From the IMG/VR virus record IMGVR_UViG_3300049596_000585, positions 1-7,208 of that record: a stretch of DNA of 7,208 bases. One strand, written 5' to 3'. This DNA comes from a virus (Duplodnaviria; Heunggongvirae; Uroviricota; Caudoviricetes). Shown here in pieces: positions 1 to 4,280 of this stretch. Each line of letters begins with the position of its first letter. Position 1 is the stretch's first letter. A model generated the notes under the pieces. The model saw only the letters and a program-made list of their open reading frames with translations, was not told the origin of the DNA and searched no databases. Position numbers and translations under genes: made by a program.

Positions 1-782
1 CAGCCGGTGTCAGTGTCCAGTGAGTAGTTATTAAAGCGGATGACCTCCTGACCGAGCCAGCCGTTTATCTCACGGATCCTGTCCTGTAACGGGATAAGCT
101 CATTGCGGACAAAGACCTTTGCCACTTTCTCAATATCACCCAGCGACCCGACGTTCTCCGGCTTGCCGCCCATCAACTGAAAGGGGATGCGGTGCGCGTC
201 CAGCAGGTCTGCGGCACTGGCTTTTTTGATATTAAAAAAATCGTCCTTCGTCGCCACTTCACTGAGCGGGATAATTTTAATGCCGTCGGCTTTTCCCTGT
301 GGGGCATAGAGAAACAGGTTTTTAAAGTTGTTGCGGCCTTTCGACTTCACCATGTTTTCGCGAAGCATTTCGATATCGTTGCGATCCTGCACGGCATCAG
401 TGACGTACATGATGTATCCGGCATGTGCGCCGTTTTCGTAATACTTGCGGCGGAACAGCGTGGCCGACTCATTCAGCCAGGCAGAGTTAAGGGCGCTGAG
501 ATATTCCGGCAGGCCGTACAGCTCCTGATTAATATCGGGCTCCAGCAGGTGAAACACGGAACCGGGCGCGAAGGCTGTCGGTTCGTTGAAGGACGGCACC
601 CACCAGTAAACATCCTCCTCCACGCCACGGCGGGTATATTTTGCCGGTGAGGTTTCCAGTCTGATGACCTTACCGGTGGTGCTGTAACGCTTTTCCAGAA
701 ACGCATTACCGAACACCAGAAAATCCAGCACAAAGCGGCTGAAATCCTGCTGGGAAAGTCGCCGAAAATCGCCAGTGTGCAT
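1..782 (-). CDS. Partial CDS whose 3' end lies beyond the left window edge; phage head/packaging-module protein, tentatively portal (P2 gpQ / PBSX-family-like). The 5' end is uncertain and possibly truncated.
   Basis: Manual translation of the minus strand gives a stop-free frame from at least 782 to position 1 (...LSQQDFSRFVLDFLVFGNAFLEKRYSTTGKVIRLETSPAKYTRRGVEEDVYWWVPSFNEPTAFAPGSVFHLLEPDINQELYGLPEYLSALNSAWLNESATLFRRKYYENGAHAGYIMYVTDAVQDRNDIEMLRENMVKSKGRNNFKNLFLYAPQGKADGIKIIPLSEVATKDDFFNIKKASAADLLDAHRIPFQLMGGKPENVGSLGDIEKVAKVFVRNELIPLQDRIREINGWLGQEVIRFNNYSLDTDTG...). Codon usage is E. coli-like between 1 and about 700. The overlapping + ORF 192..650 in the track translates to low-complexity C/H/R/G-rich sequence typical of an antisense shadow. 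The gene is absent from the ORF track only because it has no stop in the window. There is no Walker A motif, which argues against a terminase ATPase domain. The portal assignment rests on recollection of P2-family portal sequence character, not on a search. The frame stays open upstream to TTG 974, but 783-974 is rich in rare codons (AGG, CGG, CGA, ATA, CTA) and none of the candidate starts (ATG 782, ATG 950, TTG 974) has a Shine-Dalgarno. Confidence 0.45.
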   Translation of the reverse strand, partial: MHTGDFRRLSQQDFSRFVLDFLVFGNAFLEKRYSTTGKVIRLETSPAKYTRRGVEEDVYWWVPSFNEPTAFAPGSVFHLLEPDINQELYGLPEYLSALNSAWLNESATLFRRKYYENGAHAGYIMYVTDAVQDRNDIEMLRENMVKSKGRNNFKNLFLYAPQGKADGIKIIPLSEVATKDDFFNIKKASAADLLDAHRIPFQLMGGKPENVGSLGDIEKVAKVFVRNELIPLQDRIREINGWLGQEVIRFNNYSLDTDTG

Positions 783-914
783 CAGTTCGGTCTGTCGGAA
801 GAAACCCGGAAAGACGGTAAGAAAATTGATTATCCGGCGCGTCCTCTGCTCGGCTTTACCGGTGAGGATGTGCAGATGATTGAAGAGATTATCCTGGCTC
901 ACCTTGAGCGTTAG
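651..914 (+). other. Open + frame ending at TAG 912-914; possible 3' remnant of a rightward gene (candidate tail-completion gpS-like C-terminus) convergent with the AT-rich gene
   Basis: The + frame is stop-free from 651 to 914 (...GKSPKIASVHQFGLSEETRKDGKKIDYPARPLLGFTGEDVQMIEEIILAHLER*). Codon usage between about 777 and 914 is clearly better on + than on - (minus has AGG, CGG, CGA, ATA, CTA). The only in-frame starts are GTG 777 (45 aa), GTG 870 and ATG 876 (12 aa); ATG 876 has a strong SD, GAGGA at 864-868 with a 7-nt spacer. No full-length gene is possible, so this is either a 3' gene remnant or a small ORF. Confidence 0.2.
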
Positions 915-943
915 TTTTATCCAGGCAGAGGCTGATGCGCAAT

Positions 944-980
944 TAAACATTGAGCGGCCATGCTGGTCGCTCAATGTTTA
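944..980. terminator. Perfect 13-bp inverted repeat (944-956 TAAACATTGAGCG / 968-980 CGCTCAATGTTTA) with an 11-nt loop; candidate bidirectional stem-loop between convergent transcription units
   Basis: Read directly from the sequence. It lies 6 nt downstream of the stop of the minus-strand gene 986..1771 and 30 nt downstream of the + frame stop at 914. U-tracts are weak or displaced on both strands (AAUU on minus; UUUUUAUUU about 15 nt downstream on plus), so it is not a canonical intrinsic terminator. Confidence 0.4.
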
Positions 981-985
981 GAGGC

Positions 986-1771
986 TTATGAGTGATTTTT
1001 ATTTGATGCTTTGTATTCTACAACCTTCTTATTGGCGTAAAGGAATTTTGTATATGACAGGAATATAACCAGACCTGAAATGAAATAGATGAGGGATATT
1101 ATTAATAATGCTTTTTTTTGGCTGTTATTATCTTTAATTTCCTGACTTAACCATTCCGAGTCCTCCTCGTTTAGCTGTAAGAGCTTATTGCAGGCGATCT
1201 CAGGAAGTGTGTCTTTTATAAATATGTTTCGTAGCCTCTTGCAATCGGCAAGGCTATAAGTTGTATTGAATTCAACTGTTTTATTGTTGAAGGATAAAAG
1301 AACTTTGTCACTATAAACATAGTACATCATATTTTTATATGGTATGCCTATGGCATCTCTTACTATAGCGGATTGTTTGTTGTGTATATAACATGCGAAG
1401 AGAATATAAATAATGCTGGACAGAATTACAATTATTGTTTTAATTATGTGTGGTGGTTTTGTTATGTCACCCCAGAAGCGAGTAAGAAAAAAATACGATG
1501 TTTTTAGTTTTCCATCAATCAGCCCCTGCTGTATCATTCTCACATCTTCGATGCCTGATACATTGATTCCGTTAATTATTTTAAATAGTTGAATGTCGCG
1601 CCATTTTTTGTCGAGCATTTTTAACTTTCTGTCTGAATACTCAAAATTGAAATGATGTGCAATAAACCTCATAAGATTACTTTTACCAAAGGTAATAAAT
1701 GTTAATGCTATTAATAAAAATAGATACAAAGAGATAAACCACCACGCATTAGTCACATTATCACTGAACAT
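986..1771 (-). CDS. AT-rich 261-aa predicted inner-membrane protein with three TM segments, function unknown; cargo gene in the slot where P2 carries orf30, between the head/tail-completion side and gene V
   Basis: ORF track 986..1771 (-). ATG at 1771-1769 is preceded by SD AGGAG (complement of 1778-1782) with a 6-nt spacer. GC content is roughly 25-35% against about 50-55% in the flanks. Hydrophobic segments: aa 9-28 (AWWFISLYLFLLIALTFITF; DNA 1688-1747), aa 109-129 (IIKTIIVILSSIIYILFACYI; about 1385-1447), aa 221-240 (ALLIISLIYFISGLVIFLSY; 1052-1111). Loop 1 and the C-tail are Lys/Arg-rich, so the positive-inside rule suggests N-out/C-in. The second loop (about 90 aa) carries two Cys. No recognisable catalytic motif. 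Confidence 0.8.
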   Translation of the reverse strand: MFSDNVTNAWWFISLYLFLLIALTFITFGKSNLMRFIAHHFNFEYSDRKLKMLDKKWRDIQLFKIINGINVSGIEDVRMIQQGLIDGKLKTSYFFLTRFWGDITKPPHIIKTIIVILSSIIYILFACYIHNKQSAIVRDAIGIPYKNMMYYVYSDKVLLSFNNKTVEFNTTYSLADCKRLRNIFIKDTLPEIACNKLLQLNEEDSEWLSQEIKDNNSQKKALLIISLIYFISGLVIFLSYTKFLYANKKVVEYKASNKNHS

Positions 1772-1854
1772 TACGCTCTCCTCGAATGTTGTATGGTCGT
1801 TCTACAAATGAATCCAGATAGCATAACTTTTATATATTGTGCAATCTCACACGC
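1772..1854. promoter_or_regulatory. Divergent intergenic control region between the AT-rich gene and the tail operon; candidate late-promoter activator dyad and -10 element
   Basis: Imperfect dyad TTGT-N11-ACAA at 1789-1807. The reported Ogr/Delta-type site of P2/P4 late promoters is TGT-N12-ACA centred near -55, so the spacing here is one short. TATATA at 1831-1836 lies about 36 bp downstream of the dyad centre. There is no SD in front of the V ATG at 1855. On the opposite strand, a TATATA-containing stretch could serve the divergent membrane-protein gene. Confidence 0.3.
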
Positions 1855-2490
1855 ATGAACACTCTCGCAAATATTCAGGAACTCGCGCGCGCACTGCGCA
1901 ACATGATTCGTACCGGCCTTGTCGTCGAAACCAACCTTAAAGCCGGTCGCTGCCGTGTGCAGACCGGTGGCATGTGCACTGACTGGCTTCAGTGGCTGAC
2001 CCATCGTGCCGGACGTTCGCGCACATGGTGGGCACCTTCCGTGGGGGAACAGGTGCTGATTCTGGCTGTGGGCGGTGAACTCGACACGGCGTTCGTTCTG
2101 CCGGGGATTTATTCCGGCGATAACCCCGCGCCGTCTGCGTCGGCGGATGCCCTGCATATCCGTTTCCCTGACGGGGCGGTGATTGAGTATGAACCCGAAA
2201 CCAGTGCACTCACGGTAAGCGGAATTAAAACGGCCAGCGTGACGGCTTCTGATTCTGTTACTGCCACGGTGCCGGTGGTCATGGTGAAAGCATCAACCCG
2301 CGTCACCCTGGACACACCGGAGGTGGTTTGCACCAACAGGCTGATTACCGGCACGCTGGAAGTGCAGAAGGGCGGGACGATGCGCGGCAACATTGAACAC
2401 ACCGGCGGTGAACTCTCATCAAACGGTAAGGTACTGCATACCCATAAACACCCCGGCGACAGCGGCGGCACAACCGGGAGCCCTCTATGA
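1855..2490 (+). CDS. V: Baseplate spike/assembly protein gpV (P2 V-like, Phage_base_V family)
   Basis: The ORF track frame 1837..2490 starts at TTG, but the internal ATG at 1855 gives a 211-aa product (MNTLANIQELARALRNMIRTG...HKHPGDSGGTTGSPL) matching the length and sequence character of P2 gpV. It is first in the V-W-J-I-H order, and its stop overlaps the W start (ATGA at 2487-2490). Confidence 0.9.
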   Translation: MNTLANIQELARALRNMIRTGLVVETNLKAGRCRVQTGGMCTDWLQWLTHRAGRSRTWWAPSVGEQVLILAVGGELDTAFVLPGIYSGDNPAPSASADALHIRFPDGAVIEYEPETSALTVSGIKTASVTASDSVTATVPVVMVKASTRVTLDTPEVVCTNRLITGTLEVQKGGTMRGNIEHTGGELSSNGKVLHTHKHPGDSGGTTGSPL

Positions 2491-2834
2491 CAGCGCGTTA
2501 TCTCGGAATGAATTGCAGTGATGGCCTGACTGTCACTGACCTTGAGCATATCAGCCAGAGTATCGGCGATATCCTGCGCACACCGGTCGGCTCGCGGGTG
2601 ATGCGTCGTGATTACGGCTCGTTGCTGGCGTCAATGATTGACCAGCCGCAGACCCCGGCGCTTGAGTTGCAGATTAAGGTCGCCTGTTACATGGCGGTGC
2701 TGAAATGGGAACCCCGCGTCACCCTGTCATCCGTCACCACTGAGCGCAGTTTTGACGGGCGAATGACGGTCACCTTAACCGGCCAGCACAACGACACCGG
2801 CCAGCCACTTTCGTTAACCATCCCTGTGAGTTGA
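2487..2834 (+). CDS. W: Baseplate wedge protein gpW (GPW/gp25-like)
   Basis: ORF track 2487..2834, 115 aa, the same length as P2 gpW. SD GGGAG at 2476-2480 with a 6-nt spacer. Start overlaps the V stop, consistent with translational coupling. Confidence 0.9.
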   Translation: MTARYLGMNCSDGLTVTDLEHISQSIGDILRTPVGSRVMRRDYGSLLASMIDQPQTPALELQIKVACYMAVLKWEPRVTLSSVTTERSFDGRMTVTLTGQHNDTGQPLSLTIPVS

Positions 2835-2838
2835 AACC

Positions 2839-3747
2839 ATGCCGATTATCGACCTGAACCAGCTACCCGCACCGGATGTGGTCGAGGAGCTGGACTTTGA
2901 AACCATTCTCGCCGAACGCAAGGCGACACTGATTTCCCTTTACCCGGAAGCCCAGCAGGAGGCGGTCGCCCGTACCCTGACGCTGGAATCCGAGCCTCTC
3001 GTCAAATTGCTGGAGGAAAATGCTTATCGTGAGCTTATCTGGCGTCAGCGTGTGAATGAGGCCGCACGGGCGGTGATGCTGGCCTGTGCCGCGGGTAATG
3101 ACCTTGATGTGATTGGTGCCAATTACAACACCACGCGTCTGACTATCACCCCGGCAGATAATTCGACTATCCCGCCGACACCGGCAGTGATGGAATCTGA
3201 TACCGATTATCGTCTGCGTATTCAGCAGGCGTTTGAAGGTTTAAGCGTCGCCGGGTCGGTGGGTGCCTATCAGTATCATGGTCGCAGTGCTGACGGGCGT
3301 GTCGCGGATATCTCTGTCACCAGTCCGTCTCCGGCCTGCGTCACCATCTCTGTGCTGTCACGTGAGAATAACGGTGTCGCATCCGAAGACCTGCTGGCGG
3401 TGGTGCGTAACGCCCTGAATGGCGAGGACGTCAGACCGGTGGCCGACCGCGTGACCGTGCAGTCTGCCGCCATTGTTGAATACCAGATAAACGCCACGCT
3501 TTACCTTTACCCTGGTCCCGAAAGCGAACCCATCCGCGCTGCTGCCGTGAAAAAACTGGAAGCGTACATCACGGCACAGCACCGGCTGGGGCGCGACATC
3601 CGTCTGTCTGCCATTTATGCCGCTTTGCATGTGGAAGGCGTGCAGCGTGTCGAACTGGCTGCACCGCTGGCCGATATCGTGCTTAACAGCACGCAGGCGT
3701 CTTTCTGTACTGAATACCGCGTCGTGACCGGAGGCTCGGATGAGTGA
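2839..3747 (+). CDS. J: Baseplate assembly protein gpJ (Baseplate_J family)
   Basis: ORF track 2839..3747, 302 aa, the same length as P2 gpJ. Sits at the canonical position after W, 4 nt after the W stop. Confidence 0.9.
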   Translation: MPIIDLNQLPAPDVVEELDFETILAERKATLISLYPEAQQEAVARTLTLESEPLVKLLEENAYRELIWRQRVNEAARAVMLACAAGNDLDVIGANYNTTRLTITPADNSTIPPTPAVMESDTDYRLRIQQAFEGLSVAGSVGAYQYHGRSADGRVADISVTSPSPACVTISVLSRENNGVASEDLLAVVRNALNGEDVRPVADRVTVQSAAIVEYQINATLYLYPGPESEPIRAAAVKKLEAYITAQHRLGRDIRLSAIYAALHVEGVQRVELAAPLADIVLNSTQASFCTEYRVVTGGSDE

Positions 3748-4270
3748 TTCGCGACTGCTGCCGACCGGCTCATCACCGCTTGAGGTCGCCGCCGCAAAAG
3801 CCTGTGCGGAAATTGAAAAAACACCGGTCAGTATTCGTGAGCTGTGGAACCCGGACACCTGCCCGGCAAATCTGCTGCCGTGGCTGGCGTGGGCGTTTTC
3901 GGTCGACAGATGGGATGAAAAGTGGCCGGAAGCGACAAAACGCGCCGTTATCCGCGATGCGTATTTCATCCACTGTCATAAAGGCACTATAGGTGCAATC
4001 CGGCGTGTGGTGGAGCCGCTAGGCTATCTAATTAACGTAAAGGAATGGTGGGAGACAAACGACCCGCCCGGAACCTTCCGCCTTGATATCGGCGTACTGG
4101 AAAGCGGCATCACGGAGGAGATGTATCTGGAAATGGAACGGCTGATTGCCGATGCCAAACCCGCAAGTCGCCACCTTATCGGTCTGAACATTATCCAGGA
4201 CATTCCCGGCTATCTGTATACAGGCGGTGTGGTCTGTGATGGTGATGTTATTACTGTTTATCCCGGATAA
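3740..4270 (+). CDS. I: Baseplate/tail-fibre attachment protein gpI (P2 I-like)
   Basis: ORF track 3740..4270, 176 aa, the same length as P2 gpI. SD GGAGG at 3730-3734 with a 5-nt spacer. The ATG overlaps the J stop by 8 nt (ATGAGTGA). Confidence 0.9.
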   Translation: MSDSRLLPTGSSPLEVAAAKACAEIEKTPVSIRELWNPDTCPANLLPWLAWAFSVDRWDEKWPEATKRAVIRDAYFIHCHKGTIGAIRRVVEPLGYLINVKEWWETNDPPGTFRLDIGVLESGITEEMYLEMERLIADAKPASRHLIGLNIIQDIPGYLYTGGVVCDGDVITVYPG

Positions 4271-4280
4271 GTGAGAAACA

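Noticed and set aside
225-240. Apparent frameshift or stop at the T7/A6 homopolymer in the left gene
   Set aside because: On first reading I parsed ...GAT TTT TTT TAA. Re-indexing the reverse complement gives GAT TTT TTT AAT ATC AAA AAA..., so the frame is continuous (..DDFFNIKKASAADLL..). There is no frameshift. The gene is missing from the ORF track only because it has no stop inside the window.
192-650. + strand ORF of 152 aa (GTG start)
   Set aside because: Its translation is C/H/R/G-rich and low-complexity with rare codons. It lies exactly antisense, in codon register, to the well-behaved minus-strand gene, so it is a shadow ORF.
473-733. Minus-strand 86-aa ORF (TTG start)
   Set aside because: It is an alternative frame inside the real minus-strand gene, and its translation (W/C/R/P-rich) is not protein-like.
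783-974. N-terminal extension of the left gene to ATG 950 or TTG 974
   Set aside because: The frame is open, but this stretch is dense in rare codons (AGG, CGG, CGA, ATA, CTA), has no SD, and the start codons fall inside the 944-980 hairpin. It is more likely non-coding on this strand.
1837-1854. Upstream TTG start for V at 1837
   Set aside because: The ATG at 1855 yields exactly 211 aa with a P2 V-like N-terminus (MNTLANIQ...). The TTG extension adds six residues, has no SD, and would overlap the candidate -10.
1771-2549. Minus-strand ORFs 1771..2157, 1937..2209 and 2109..2549
   Set aside because: They are antisense to gpV/gpW, with Arg/Pro/Cys-rich translations and no RBS. They are shadow ORFs.
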